64,000 bases of DNA, taken from NCBI GenBank assembly GCA_964492205.1, contig CAZBJP010000001.1:31781-95780 (forward strand). The letters are read 5' to 3'. Made by a program: the position numbers and the translations under genes. Shown in pieces: positions 1 through 9,938 of the stretch (its first letter is position 1; every line of letters starts with the position of its first letter). The DNA comes from an uncultured Sediminibacterium sp. Lineage in GTDB: Bacteria; Bacteroidota; Bacteroidia; Chitinophagales; Chitinophagaceae. A model generated the notes under the pieces. That model did not search any database. It had not been told where the DNA came from and saw only the letters and a program-made list of their open reading frames with translations.

Positions 1-899
1 TATTTTTTGGATTAAGTGGCACAGGTAAAACAACACTAAGTGCAGATCCAAAAAGAAAATTAATTGGAGATGATGAACATGGTTGGACAAACCATTCGGT
101 ATTTAATTTTGAAGGAGGATGTTATGCGAAGACCATTAATTTAAGTGCGGAAAACGAGCCTGATATTTTCAAAGCGATTAAAAAAGGTGCATTACTAGAA
201 AATATAGTATTTATTGAAGGAAGTAATAAAGTTGATTATACCAATTCGAGCATCACTGAAAATACAAGGGTAAGCTATCCTATAAACCATATCCAAAATA
301 TTGTTCAACCTTCGGTTGCAGCACAACCAAAAAATATATTCTTTTTAACTTGTGATGCTTATGGCGTTTTACCTCCTATAAGTAAATTGAATGCAGCACA
401 AGCAATGTATCAATTTATTAGTGGCTATACAGCAAAAATTGCAGGTACGGAAGAAGGAATTAAATCACCTAAAGCAACATTTAGTAGTTGTTTTGGTGCC
501 CCCTTTATGCCATTACATCCAGGTGATTACGCAAAATTACTGGGCGAAAAAATTGAAAAAAATCATTGTAAAGTATGGTTGATAAATACGGGATGGTCAG
601 GAGGTGCGTATGGTACTGGCAATAGGATGTCCTTATCAAATACAAGAAAAATGATTCAAGCAGTATTAAATGACACGATCGACCAAGGTGGCTATGAGGA
701 TTTCCCGGTATTTAATTTTAAAGTGCCGAAACATGTTGAAGGGGTAGATCCAAACATTCTACAACCCATTAACACTTGGGAAGATAAAGCTAAATACACA
801 GAAGAGCGCATATGTCTAGCCAATCTATTTCAGAGAAATTTTAAAAAATTTGAACCCGGTGTGGATACTTCAATTATAAATGCTGGACCAAAAGTTTAA
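1..899 (+). CDS. pckA: Phosphoenolpyruvate carboxykinase (ATP), 5'-truncated by the window edge
   Basis: Frame from nt 3 reads [28 protein letters not shown]...[10 protein letters not shown] and is in frame with ORF 387..899 ([19 protein letters not shown]). Confidence 0.97.
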   Translation, partial: FFGLSGTGKTTLSADPKRKLIGDDEHGWTNHSVFNFEGGCYAKTINLSAENEPDIFKAIKKGALLENIVFIEGSNKVDYTNSSITENTRVSYPINHIQNIVQPSVAAQPKNIFFLTCDAYGVLPPISKLNAAQAMYQFISGYTAKIAGTEEGIKSPKATFSSCFGAPFMPLHPGDYAKLLGEKIEKNHCKVWLINTGWSGGAYGTGNRMSLSNTRKMIQAVLNDTIDQGGYEDFPVFNFKVPKHVEGVDPNILQPINTWEDKAKYTEERICLANLFQRNFKKFEPGVDTSIINAGPKV

Positions 900-2299
900 T
901 TTTTCTCCATTAATTTTTGTACTGTCTTTATTTCAGATGGAGTGATGAAGTATTCAAAGAAACGCTTATCATCTTCCTTCCGAATACTGCCAATCAAATT
1001 GACATCTCCTTGGCTGAGAAATAAATATTTATCATTAATGGCATTAATGATATCGCTTCTTACTTTTTTCTGTAAGCCTATATTTTTATCTTTTATACCC
1101 AACACATGATTAATGTCTGCTATTTCTACATTGTGCTTTGACTCATTTGCATTTAACAATAATTGAATTAGGCTCATTTCAATTTCAGTAAAAGCTTGGT
1201 TCATTGTTTTTGTTTTTAATGCTCTTAACTGCGCTTTTTCAATTTTCTTTTTTACACTTCGTTTAAAAATTAATGCAAGAAAAACAATGAAAATAATAGC
1301 CATGCAAATGCCAATAACAATAATTAAGTCGGCATAATCATTATCCCAAATTGGATAATCTAATAATTGAAAATCATTTATATTAAAATCCCAAGTTTTA
1401 AAAGTTTGCTCAATTGGCTGGTACTTATAAAATTTACCATTATAAAAAAAAACTGTTAGATCATGTGCACTTCGTATAAAAAACTGATTGAAGTCTGCTC
1501 TTTTAGATTTGTAAACTTTATTATTTATGTAATCTAATAAGTAAGCCTCGTCATTGTATATGTATATCTTGCCATTTTCATATAAATAATTTATAAAATT
1601 ATTCTTCTGGTCAACCAACTTGATGACTTCCTCTGACAACCTTCCTATTTTAATCCAGTCTTTAGTTTGGAGATCTAAATAGTAGCTTTCGTATTTGAAA
1701 TAAATTTTTTTGCCTTCTTTGTTTTTGATTCCTGCTTTTTCAAATTTTTGAAAAGGCACATAAATTCTGCCTTCAGCTGGAGAAAACCAGTCATATCCTG
1801 ATGAAATTATTTCTTGACTTGTGGGCTCGATATCCCACTCCTTATCCACTTCATTGAATTTTCTTAAATGACCAAACAAAGTCCAAAAACCATACCCGCC
1901 ATAATTGTAGATTTGATCCTTATATATAAAATTATTACAATCTATGTTGTAATTAATATTGATCGTATTGTCTATCTTTTGAAAAATTACACTATCTCCA
2001 ATTGGTTCAGACATCTGAAAAATGAACCCAGTTTGTAATAAGAATACATAAATTTTCCCCTTATATTGGTACAACTCTTGACCATTTGGGGCAAAACTTG
2101 TGCCAGCCATAGGCAATATTCTACTACTAATGCCTAAGTTAATTTTACCATTGTAATCTGATAATTGCTTAATTTTTTGTAAAAAAGGACTATAAGGTAC
2201 TTTATATGTTCTTTGGCAGGGGATAAATTGAGCTGATATAGATGTGAAAATCAATATAAATGAGAAAAGAAGGCAAAATTTAAAATTTTTATAATTCAT
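896..2299 (-). CDS. Hypothetical membrane-anchored protein: signal peptide, Kelch-like extracytoplasmic region, one TM helix, short cytoplasmic C-terminal domain (possibly DNA-binding)
   Basis: 467 aa ORF; hydrophobic N-terminus, [10 protein letters not shown] Kelch-like motif, [23 protein letters not shown] followed by a basic stretch. Confidence 0.6.
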   Translation of the reverse strand: MNYKNFKFCLLFSFILIFTSISAQFIPCQRTYKVPYSPFLQKIKQLSDYNGKINLGISSRILPMAGTSFAPNGQELYQYKGKIYVFLLQTGFIFQMSEPIGDSVIFQKIDNTININYNIDCNNFIYKDQIYNYGGYGFWTLFGHLRKFNEVDKEWDIEPTSQEIISSGYDWFSPAEGRIYVPFQKFEKAGIKNKEGKKIYFKYESYYLDLQTKDWIKIGRLSEEVIKLVDQKNNFINYLYENGKIYIYNDEAYLLDYINNKVYKSKRADFNQFFIRSAHDLTVFFYNGKFYKYQPIEQTFKTWDFNINDFQLLDYPIWDNDYADLIIVIGICMAIIFIVFLALIFKRSVKKKIEKAQLRALKTKTMNQAFTEIEMSLIQLLLNANESKHNVEIADINHVLGIKDKNIGLQKKVRSDIINAINDKYLFLSQGDVNLIGSIRKEDDKRFFEYFITPSEIKTVQKLMEKN

Positions 2300-2465
2300 T
2301 GATATTCAATATTAAATTAGGAAAGTAACTTAGTTTTTTATTTTTCTATTAAATAAAAATAAGAAATAACCTATTACCTTACCCGTTTATTTACTTAATA
2401 ATTGATAATTGATTCTAAATGGTTCATTTTCGTCAAAGCTTTTGGGGGAAAGCTATGGATTTTAC

Positions 2466-2495
2466 AAGGGAGCCAGGAAACTGACTCCCTTTTTT
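2466..2495 (+). terminator. Intrinsic terminator with no upstream + strand gene
   Basis: AAGGGAGcCAG-GAAA-CTGaCTCCCTT hairpin ending in a run of 6 T. Confidence 0.7.
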
Positions 2496-2666
2496 GTACC
2501 CTTAGTTGCCTGTTTGTATCTTAAAAGTATCATGTTATTATACCCCCTAAAATCCTTTTGGTCTATATAAAAGCGCTTTTGTTAACAATTTCGTAATATA
2601 AGGCTAGTAAGGTTTAGTTGAAATTACAAGAAATTTACATTTACAATAAATATCAAAAACATTCTT

Positions 2667-3314
2667 ATGGACTTTAACTCAATTATGAAGATATTCTTAC
2701 CCAAAGACAGGGTTTTCTTTCAACTTTTTGAAGAAGTTGCTGAACATGTGTATGAAATGGGGATTAAATTAAAGGAAATGGTGAACGAACCTGATGCCGA
2801 TGTAAGAGCAAAAATTCTTGCACAAATTGAAAATCTAGAACATAAAAATGATGAATTAACACATAATATCTTCACAGAATTGGGTAGAAATTTTATTACA
2901 CCTTTTGATCGCGAAGATATTCACTACCTAGCAACTTCATTAGATGACATTGCTGACTATATCTACGCGTCGGCTAAAAAAATTAATTTCTACAAAGTTA
3001 ACCCGAACGACACGGGCATTCATAAATTAGCTGAATTGATTTTGCAAGGTACTCAAGAAACCAAAAAAGCAGTGCTTGGTTTGCGTAATATGAAAAATAT
3101 TAAAGAAATGACTGATGCAATGATCAAAATAAACAGCATCGAAAACCAGGCCGATGATGTTTTTGATATGAGTATTGAAAGACTCTTTGAACAAGAGAAT
3201 GATTTTAAAGAAGTAATTAAAAAAAGAGAGATCTACCAGGTATTAGAAATTGCTACTGATAAAATTGAAGATGTGTCTAACGTGATCGAGTCTATTATTA
3301 TCAAGTACGCTTAA
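2667..3314 (+). CDS. DUF47 / PhoU-like phosphate transport regulator
   Basis: LEHKNDELTH...FITPFDREDI...LDDIAD and IENQADD motifs; directly upstream of a PiT gene. Confidence 0.93.
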   Translation: MDFNSIMKIFLPKDRVFFQLFEEVAEHVYEMGIKLKEMVNEPDADVRAKILAQIENLEHKNDELTHNIFTELGRNFITPFDREDIHYLATSLDDIADYIYASAKKINFYKVNPNDTGIHKLAELILQGTQETKKAVLGLRNMKNIKEMTDAMIKINSIENQADDVFDMSIERLFEQENDFKEVIKKREIYQVLEIATDKIEDVSNVIESIIIKYA

Positions 3315-3325
3315 TTTAATTTACA

Positions 3326-5038
3326 ATGACTTTATTAATCATCATTATCGCACTTGCGTTAATATTTGACTATATCAATGGTTTTCATGATGCAGCCAAT
3401 TCAATTGCAACTGTTGTTTCAACCAAAGTATTGACACCTTTTCAAGCAGTATTATGGGCAGCACTATTTAATTCAGTTGCTTTCTGGATTTTTAAAGACC
3501 ACGCTGTAGCAAATTCAATAAGCAAAACAGTATATAAAGAATTCATCACCTTACCTGTAATTTTTTCGGGGTTAATAGCTGCAATATTTTGGAATTTATT
3601 GACTTGGTGGTATGGTATTCCTTCTTCTTCTTCACACACTTTGATAGGAGGGTTTGCTGGTGCCGCTATTGCACACGCCTTATCAGAAAAAGGAATAAAT
3701 TATTCTTGGGCTAAAATTGTAGATGCAGACACCATCATAAAAACAGTTTTATTTATTTTCTTAGCACCGATTATTGGCATTGTAATTTCAATGTTTATTA
3801 CCTTGGTAACGATCATGCAGAATATATGGTATAGACTAGGTATCATCATTGGTATAACTATTTTAACTGCTTTTTTATTCGATCATTTTGAAAATAGTAA
3901 AATGAATGAAAATGCACAGAAGTTTTTTAGTATTGATAAGTATAAAAAAGAAATAAGTATACTGACAACTCAGTTGGAAGAAAAGAAAAATGACAGTATA
4001 CTTTTAAGTAAAATTGAATCAACTCAAGAAAAGCTAGATAAAGCAAATGCAAATTTTGATCGCATTCATCCTTACATCGAAAACTTTGATAAGACTAGCG
4101 CAAACTATATAGCTAAGATATCAAAAGATAGTGGCTGGCTTAATGAAATCGCAGTAAGTAAATTAAAAGATGCAGTTAGGAACGCTAATGATTTTTTAGT
4201 ACTTGAAGCTAAAGCACCAGAAAATAGTTCTGCAAAGAAAGAATATGATGTTGCTAAAATAATTACCGAAGAATACAAAAAACCTTTAAAAGCGTATTTA
4301 GACGGAACAATGAGTGTTGATTCGGTGATTACTGAAATCAATAATATTTATCCAATCCAACCAAAAAATTTGGATAAGGTTAAAGCAAAAATTAAAAAGT
4401 TCAATATAGAAAAGTCATTTGCTTCAGAAATAGACAAAGCTGATAATACGATTATAGTGAATGGTATTTTTGGTGCTTCCTTAATTTTTATGCTCATCTA
4501 TATTTACGTAGAGAAAATTAAAACACCAACTGCTTTGACTGTAGGTAATATGTTTAAAAAATTACAATTATTTAGTTCTGCTGCATTCAGCATTGGACAT
4601 GGAGGGAATGATGCACAAAAAGTAATGGGTATCATTGGAGCTGCCTTGATTGCAAGTGGTAGCATACAAGACTTTGCCTCTCTTCCGAATTGGGTACCTG
4701 TTGCCTGTTATTTAGCTATTGGTTTAGGTACCATGAGTGGAGGATGGAAAATTGTTAAAACAATGGGTTCTAAAATTACCAAAGTAACACCTTTAGAAGG
4801 TGTAGCCGCTGAAACTGCAGGTGCTTTTACATTATTCTTTACAGGTCAAATGGGAATACCCGTTTCTACGACTCATACGATTACTGGATCAATTATTGGC
4901 GTGGGTGCCACTAAAAGATTAAGTGCAGTCAGATGGGGTGTAACCACCAATTTACTTTGGGCATGGATATTAACTATCCCGGTAAGTGCCGTACTTGCAG
5001 CAATTACTTATTATATTGTAGCATTCTTCCACGGATAA
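3326..5038 (+). CDS. pit: Inorganic phosphate transporter (PiT/PHO4 family) with a large central insertion
   Basis: NGFHDAANSIAT, GIPSSSSH, HGGNDAQK and PVSTTH signature motifs. Confidence 0.93.
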   Translation: MTLLIIIIALALIFDYINGFHDAANSIATVVSTKVLTPFQAVLWAALFNSVAFWIFKDHAVANSISKTVYKEFITLPVIFSGLIAAIFWNLLTWWYGIPSSSSHTLIGGFAGAAIAHALSEKGINYSWAKIVDADTIIKTVLFIFLAPIIGIVISMFITLVTIMQNIWYRLGIIIGITILTAFLFDHFENSKMNENAQKFFSIDKYKKEISILTTQLEEKKNDSILLSKIESTQEKLDKANANFDRIHPYIENFDKTSANYIAKISKDSGWLNEIAVSKLKDAVRNANDFLVLEAKAPENSSAKKEYDVAKIITEEYKKPLKAYLDGTMSVDSVITEINNIYPIQPKNLDKVKAKIKKFNIEKSFASEIDKADNTIIVNGIFGASLIFMLIYIYVEKIKTPTALTVGNMFKKLQLFSSAAFSIGHGGNDAQKVMGIIGAALIASGSIQDFASLPNWVPVACYLAIGLGTMSGGWKIVKTMGSKITKVTPLEGVAAETAGAFTLFFTGQMGIPVSTTHTITGSIIGVGATKRLSAVRWGVTTNLLWAWILTIPVSAVLAAITYYIVAFFHG

Positions 5039-5058
5039 AGTAACATTCAAAATATGCA

Positions 5059-5089
5059 AAAAAAGGCTCCGAAATTTGGAGCCTTTTTT
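5059..5089 (+). terminator. Intrinsic terminator after pit
   Basis: AAAAAAGGCTCC-GAAATTT-GGAGCCTTTTTT. Confidence 0.85.
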
Positions 5090-5252
5090 ATTTACAACGT
5101 TTGCGGAATCATAATGGTTGTTCGTTAGTAAAAATATTATAGTAGTATCCTTAATAATCAATATTTATAGGGGTTACCTTTAATCAAGACTTGTATTAAA
5201 GAGTAGAATAGTTTCATAATATCTCAGTTACTATTCTTTTAAAATAAAAATT

Positions 5253-5540
5253 ATGATAGAAAAGAAATATTACAAAACTAAAGATTATTGTAAAGTAAAA
5301 TTCACTGTGAATACTGAAGCTAAAAAAGTTGAAATTTTTGGGCTTAATAATGAATGGAAAAAAGGTATGGCTTTAGCTAAGAAAAAAGATGGAGGTTTTG
5401 CCTTAGAAGTAAACATTGATAAAGGCACCCAACACGAATTCAAATATTTAGTGGACAAAAAGACTTGGTTAAACGATGACCAAGCAGATGCACAAGCGCA
5501 CAATATTTACGGCACCACTAACAGTGTAGTCATTATTTAA
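5253..5540 (+). CDS. Stand-alone isoamylase early-set / CBM48 glycogen-binding domain protein
   Basis: 95 aa; CKVKF...FGLNNEW...HEFKYLVD...WLND...NSV pattern. Confidence 0.85.
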   Translation: MIEKKYYKTKDYCKVKFTVNTEAKKVEIFGLNNEWKKGMALAKKKDGGFALEVNIDKGTQHEFKYLVDKKTWLNDDQADAQAHNIYGTTNSVVII

Positions 5541-5552
5541 TTACTTGATTGA

Positions 5553-6839
5553 TTAAGGGTTGATTACATGGATTATTTTTTGACGTCCGTCAAGGTATTC
5601 AAATGATTGTCCATTAAAGAATCCATTTTGTTCAAGTGCAATTCGTACAGGCTTGTTCCATCCATTTAATGTATGCATGGCATTCAATTCAATTGAATAG
5701 CAAGTATTAGGACGTAATGCATAATCTCCTGCACCAGGCACACCACCTTGCATATCCCACATGCCAATTGTGGTACCGGCAGCATGGCCATGAAAACCTA
5801 TTGGATGGGTATAGATACTCGGCTTAATGCCTTCTGATAAAGCCTGTCTAAGTGATGCAGACAAAATTTGATTACCAGTCTTACCTGTTTTAAAAGTGGA
5901 TGTAAGTATATCTTGTAATCTATTTGTTTGACTAAAAGCTGCCGCTAAATCATCAGGTATAGTAGGCTCATTAGGCAATAAAACATATGCATGTTCTTGG
6001 ACATCTGAATTTAGTCTTAAATAGGTGATGCCGAAATCAACATGCAACAAATCACCAGGACGGATAATCTCATCCATTTCATTACTTACCCTTCTTTGTA
6101 TTTCAACGGAAGGGTGAAACCAAGTTGACAATCCAAGATCCGAAACTTTTTGTCTAAACCACCATACTAAATCATTCGTACTTGTAACATTAGGTTGGAT
6201 TACTTTATTACTAAATCCCTCTTTAATAATATTATGTGAAATTGAAAGTAGCGTTGGATAAAGTGCCATTTCTTTTTCAGTTCTAGTTTCAAGCCATGCA
6301 ACTCCTAGTTTTTCAGCAGAAACAATTTTTTTTACTTGACTAGGCGCCAAAGTTTTTTTAAAGGCCTCATACTCAGTTAAATTAATTCCATCAGCATGTC
6401 CAAAATCTATTGAAGTATTAATCCCTATTGTTAATGGATTTAAACGTTCAATTAATTTTGACAATGCTTTCCATTGATTTGGTTCTTCATTTGGATTCCA
6501 TGCAGCTTTGATACTTTTCCCAACAGGATATCTGGCAACGGCATAACTTTCAATGTTCTCTTTTCCTTGCTGCTTATAAAACACTAGAATAGTTCTTCTT
6601 CTAGCAGAAAGCCATTCTGCAGGTAAAAATGTTTTTAAAATGGGGTCTTCATTATATTCTCTAGAAATAATTACCCAACAATCTATATTCGCTTCGTTCA
6701 TTAATTTTGGAAGCAGGTGATTTATTCTATCATTTAATAAATCATTGACTATAGCTGCTTGCTCTTTAACTGTGACTACTTGTGCATCAGAGACAAAAAC
6801 AAAAAAAGAAAGCGTAAATAAAAGTAGAATACGTTTCAT
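5553..6839 (-). CDS. M24 family (Xaa-Pro) metallopeptidase, exported
   Basis: LHVDFGI, SDVQEH, HPIGFHGHAAG, YSIE, LEQ; start moved to MKRILLL (signal peptide) to remove the overlap with the divergent gene. Confidence 0.88.
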   Translation of the reverse strand: MKRILLLFTLSFFVFVSDAQVVTVKEQAAIVNDLLNDRINHLLPKLMNEANIDCWVIISREYNEDPILKTFLPAEWLSARRRTILVFYKQQGKENIESYAVARYPVGKSIKAAWNPNEEPNQWKALSKLIERLNPLTIGINTSIDFGHADGINLTEYEAFKKTLAPSQVKKIVSAEKLGVAWLETRTEKEMALYPTLLSISHNIIKEGFSNKVIQPNVTSTNDLVWWFRQKVSDLGLSTWFHPSVEIQRRVSNEMDEIIRPGDLLHVDFGITYLRLNSDVQEHAYVLLPNEPTIPDDLAAAFSQTNRLQDILTSTFKTGKTGNQILSASLRQALSEGIKPSIYTHPIGFHGHAAGTTIGMWDMQGGVPGAGDYALRPNTCYSIELNAMHTLNGWNKPVRIALEQNGFFNGQSFEYLDGRQKIIHVINP

Positions 6840-6915
6840 AATGGGCTTATTTAAAATTGACAAGAATATAATGTTAATTCGAATCAAGAGTAAATTAACT
6901 ATTAAATTTGCAACT

Positions 6916-8991
6916 ATGCAAATACATTCTAGATTTTTACTTTTTTTGCTGCTAAGCATCCCGATATTAACCTTTAGTCAAGATACCTCCTTTAAAATAC
7001 TAGATAGCAGTTTATATACCGTAATCGTGACCGCAAGCAAGTCAAAAGAGAAAAGAATTGAATCCCCTATCGCAATCAGCCTGTTAAACAATCAACAAAT
7101 CCAAGAGGCTAAAGCTACTAGGATTGACTTTTTACTAAACAAAGTGAGTGGTGTATTCATGCCCACTATTGGCAACGAACAACATATGATGTCTATAAGG
7201 CAACCCGTCTCCTTAAAGGGCTTATACCTTTATTTAGAAGATGGCTTACCAATTAGAACAAGTGGATTATTTAGTAATAATGCCTTAATCGAAATCAATA
7301 CCGCAGCGATTCATCAAATAGAAATAATCAAGGGGCCTGCTTCCGCTTTATATGGCGCTGAAGCAATTGGTGGTGTAGTGAATTTCTTACATCTACCAAG
7401 ACCTCAAAAAAACCAACTATCCATTAGCAATCACGTTAACAACAATGGGCTATTGAAGTCCGATCTTCTTTGGAATAAGGCTGGAAAACAATCAGGATGG
7501 TCCTTGAGCTTAAGTCAGATTGGACAAAAAAATGGAGTCCTTGAGTATAGTAATTATACCAAAACCGCCTTGAGTCTTAAGCGAGATTTTTCATTTAAAA
7601 AGAATTGGACTGGCTATCAACAGTTTCAATATATTCATTATGATGGTCAAATGACAGGCACTGTAGATAGCTTAAAATTTCAGGCAAGAAATTATTCGAC
7701 ACAACAAAGCTTTACCTTTAGAAAACTTGACCTAATTCGACTTAGACAAAACCTTTCCTATCAATGGAATGAGGAGCAAAAAACAACTATTAATTTTCTG
7801 TATCGTAGCAATACAATGGATCAAAACCCAACCTATGCGATTGCATCCACTTTAAACCCAACGAAATTTAAAGGTCAGATTAATTCAAACCATTTTGATG
7901 CCTATGTAGTTGACTTACAACATCAGATTAATTTGAAAAAAATAAAATCAAAAATATTAATTGGCGGCTATATAGATGCAACAGTACAAGGACTAATTGC
8001 AAACTATATTGATATTTTAAAAGATACGGCTATCAACAAATTTACAAGTTTTACAAAGCCTTCAAAAGACAGTTTAATCACGCACTACAAAACAAATATT
8101 TTGAATAAGGCAATCTATTTTAATTGGATTCAGCCAGTCGTAAAAAACATTCGTATCAATGCCACTATTAGGTACGATCATTTCAACTATCAATTTAATA
8201 ACAGATTGAGTAATGGCACCCCTAGTACTAATAACATTTTTACTAATTGGGCACCAAAATTAGGTGCTACTTACAATCAACCCAATTGGGGTGGCTACTT
8301 CAATTACAGTAAAGGTTTTGTACCGCCTCAGATCACCGAAATTTACAATGCAATTCGCGTACCTTATCTATTGCCACAAAGCTTTTCGAATATAGAAATT
8401 GGCAATTGGATTCGTATCCCTAATGGTTATATAGAATGGTCAATTTATCAATTAGATGGTAAAAATGAAATTGTATCCGTTCGTCAACCTGATGGTGTAA
8501 ACCTCAATCAAAATACTGGACAAACAAAACACTATGGTATAGAGTATCAAGTTAAATATAATTTTAACCCACTGCTTCAATTGAACTTTAATGGAAGTAA
8601 TGCAAAACATAACTATATCAATACCATACTAAAAGGCACAGACATCAGTAATAAAGAAATGGTTGCCGCTCCACATTTTTTTAGTAATCTAACCATATTA
8701 AGTCAATGGAATAAAAACATGAGCTCATCTATAGAATGGCAACATCAATCCAGCTATTTTATGGACGAAATCAACACGACGCGTTACCCAGGATTTAATG
8801 TACTGAACCTTAGGGTCAATTATACAATTAAAAAACACGAGCTATGGTTTCATTGCATGAATATTACAGATCAATTTTATGCCACCATGGCAACCAAGAA
8901 TTTTAGCGTAAAGGGCAACAATGCTTATGCTTATTATTTAGGTGACAACAGAACTTTCGCATTGGGCTGGAAATGGAACTTGATTCAATAA
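6916..8991 (+). CDS. TonB-dependent receptor
   Basis: TonB-box-like TVIVTA, plug motif IEIIKGPASALYGAEAIGGVVN, beta-barrel C-terminus; start MQIHSRF just after a TAAATTTG -7 element. Confidence 0.92.
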   Translation: MQIHSRFLLFLLLSIPILTFSQDTSFKILDSSLYTVIVTASKSKEKRIESPIAISLLNNQQIQEAKATRIDFLLNKVSGVFMPTIGNEQHMMSIRQPVSLKGLYLYLEDGLPIRTSGLFSNNALIEINTAAIHQIEIIKGPASALYGAEAIGGVVNFLHLPRPQKNQLSISNHVNNNGLLKSDLLWNKAGKQSGWSLSLSQIGQKNGVLEYSNYTKTALSLKRDFSFKKNWTGYQQFQYIHYDGQMTGTVDSLKFQARNYSTQQSFTFRKLDLIRLRQNLSYQWNEEQKTTINFLYRSNTMDQNPTYAIASTLNPTKFKGQINSNHFDAYVVDLQHQINLKKIKSKILIGGYIDATVQGLIANYIDILKDTAINKFTSFTKPSKDSLITHYKTNILNKAIYFNWIQPVVKNIRINATIRYDHFNYQFNNRLSNGTPSTNNIFTNWAPKLGATYNQPNWGGYFNYSKGFVPPQITEIYNAIRVPYLLPQSFSNIEIGNWIRIPNGYIEWSIYQLDGKNEIVSVRQPDGVNLNQNTGQTKHYGIEYQVKYNFNPLLQLNFNGSNAKHNYINTILKGTDISNKEMVAAPHFFSNLTILSQWNKNMSSSIEWQHQSSYFMDEINTTRYPGFNVLNLRVNYTIKKHELWFHCMNITDQFYATMATKNFSVKGNNAYAYYLGDNRTFALGWKWNLIQ

Positions 8992-9021
8992 AAAAGGGAC
9001 GCAATTTGCGTCCCTTTTTTT
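8990..9021. terminator. Bidirectional intrinsic terminator
   Basis: AAAAAAGGGACGCAA-T-TTGCGTCCCTTTTTTT between convergent genes. Confidence 0.88.
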
Positions 9022-9035
9022 AGGTAGATTAAAAA

Positions 9036-9866
9036 TCAATTTCCTCCAATTCTAATCCCATTACCCATTCTTATTCCGCCACCTCTTTGCATATCTTGCA
9101 TCAATTTTTGCATGTTTTCCTGGAATTGTGCTCTTGTCATTTTTTCACCCTTAGTTGGTGGCACCAACTCCTTCTTTGGATATTTCGTACTTACTTCAAC
9201 TGCTGTGGTGACCGATGCGCCATTGTCTGAGTCCATTTCCATAATCACCCCAGGCAACCCGCTATAATTATCTGGACCTACAGATACTGGAATATTTTCT
9301 GCATACCATACTACAAGTTCTGTTTCTTTTGGCTTCATTGGTGTATTCGCTGCTGTATCTGTATTATTCTCTCCTGCTCTATTTATACGCATGCGCATTT
9401 GTGGCGCGGTAATCATAGTAGTCGCTTTTTTACATAATTGGTTAGCAATGGTTTTAGTCTCTTCTGACAACTTCCATTTGTATTGTTTTAAGGAATCTAC
9501 AATCAAGAATTCTTTTTCAAAAAATGCACGCTGTTCATATTGTGTTTGCTTTGCAATATCCGTATAAGTAGTTGTAGATGGCATTCTAAAATTCATCACA
9601 CGTGCACCACCTCCACCACCTGCATTAGCGAATGGATCTGGTGCTTCGTCATCTACAACAGATCTATATAAACTAACAGACTCATTAAAAATCAATTCAA
9701 ATTTGTCCGTTCTGAACTCTGGGATAATGGATTTCATTTGTGGATCTGGAATATTACGATGCATGTTTATTTTACGCTCGTAACTTATTTTTCCTTCTTT
9801 GATCTGTGCCATAGCTATCGAAGAAAATCCAATTAGGATGACAAGTAATAAGTTTACTTTTTTCAT
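9036..9866 (-). CDS. GLPGLI family protein
   Basis: WKLSEETKTI...CKKAT, WYAENIPVSVGPDNYSGLPGVI. Confidence 0.92.
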   Translation of the reverse strand: MKKVNLLLVILIGFSSIAMAQIKEGKISYERKINMHRNIPDPQMKSIIPEFRTDKFELIFNESVSLYRSVVDDEAPDPFANAGGGGGARVMNFRMPSTTTYTDIAKQTQYEQRAFFEKEFLIVDSLKQYKWKLSEETKTIANQLCKKATTMITAPQMRMRINRAGENNTDTAANTPMKPKETELVVWYAENIPVSVGPDNYSGLPGVIMEMDSDNGASVTTAVEVSTKYPKKELVPPTKGEKMTRAQFQENMQKLMQDMQRGGGIRMGNGIRIGGN

Positions 9867-9938
9867 TTAGTGTATTTTAATTTTTAATTAAATATATTTT
9901 GACTGTGTTATAATAAATTTTTAAATAGTATGAATGGT

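Noticed and set aside
2451-2463. 13-mer AGCTATGGATTTT shared between the putative sRNA and the 3' tail of the tRNA-like RNA (minus strand, 55333-55345)
   Set aside because: Only two copies, in different predicted structural contexts; cannot be separated from chance without a genome-wide count
6840-6915. Possible cobalamin or other riboswitch ahead of the TonB receptor
   Set aside because: Only 76 AT-rich nt, and the -7 element is 5 nt from the ATG; no room or structure for one
6745-6959. Apparent 215-nt head-to-head overlap of the M24 peptidase and TonB receptor ORFs
   Set aside because: Artefact of longest-ORF starts; signal-peptide starts at 6839 and 6916 remove the overlap
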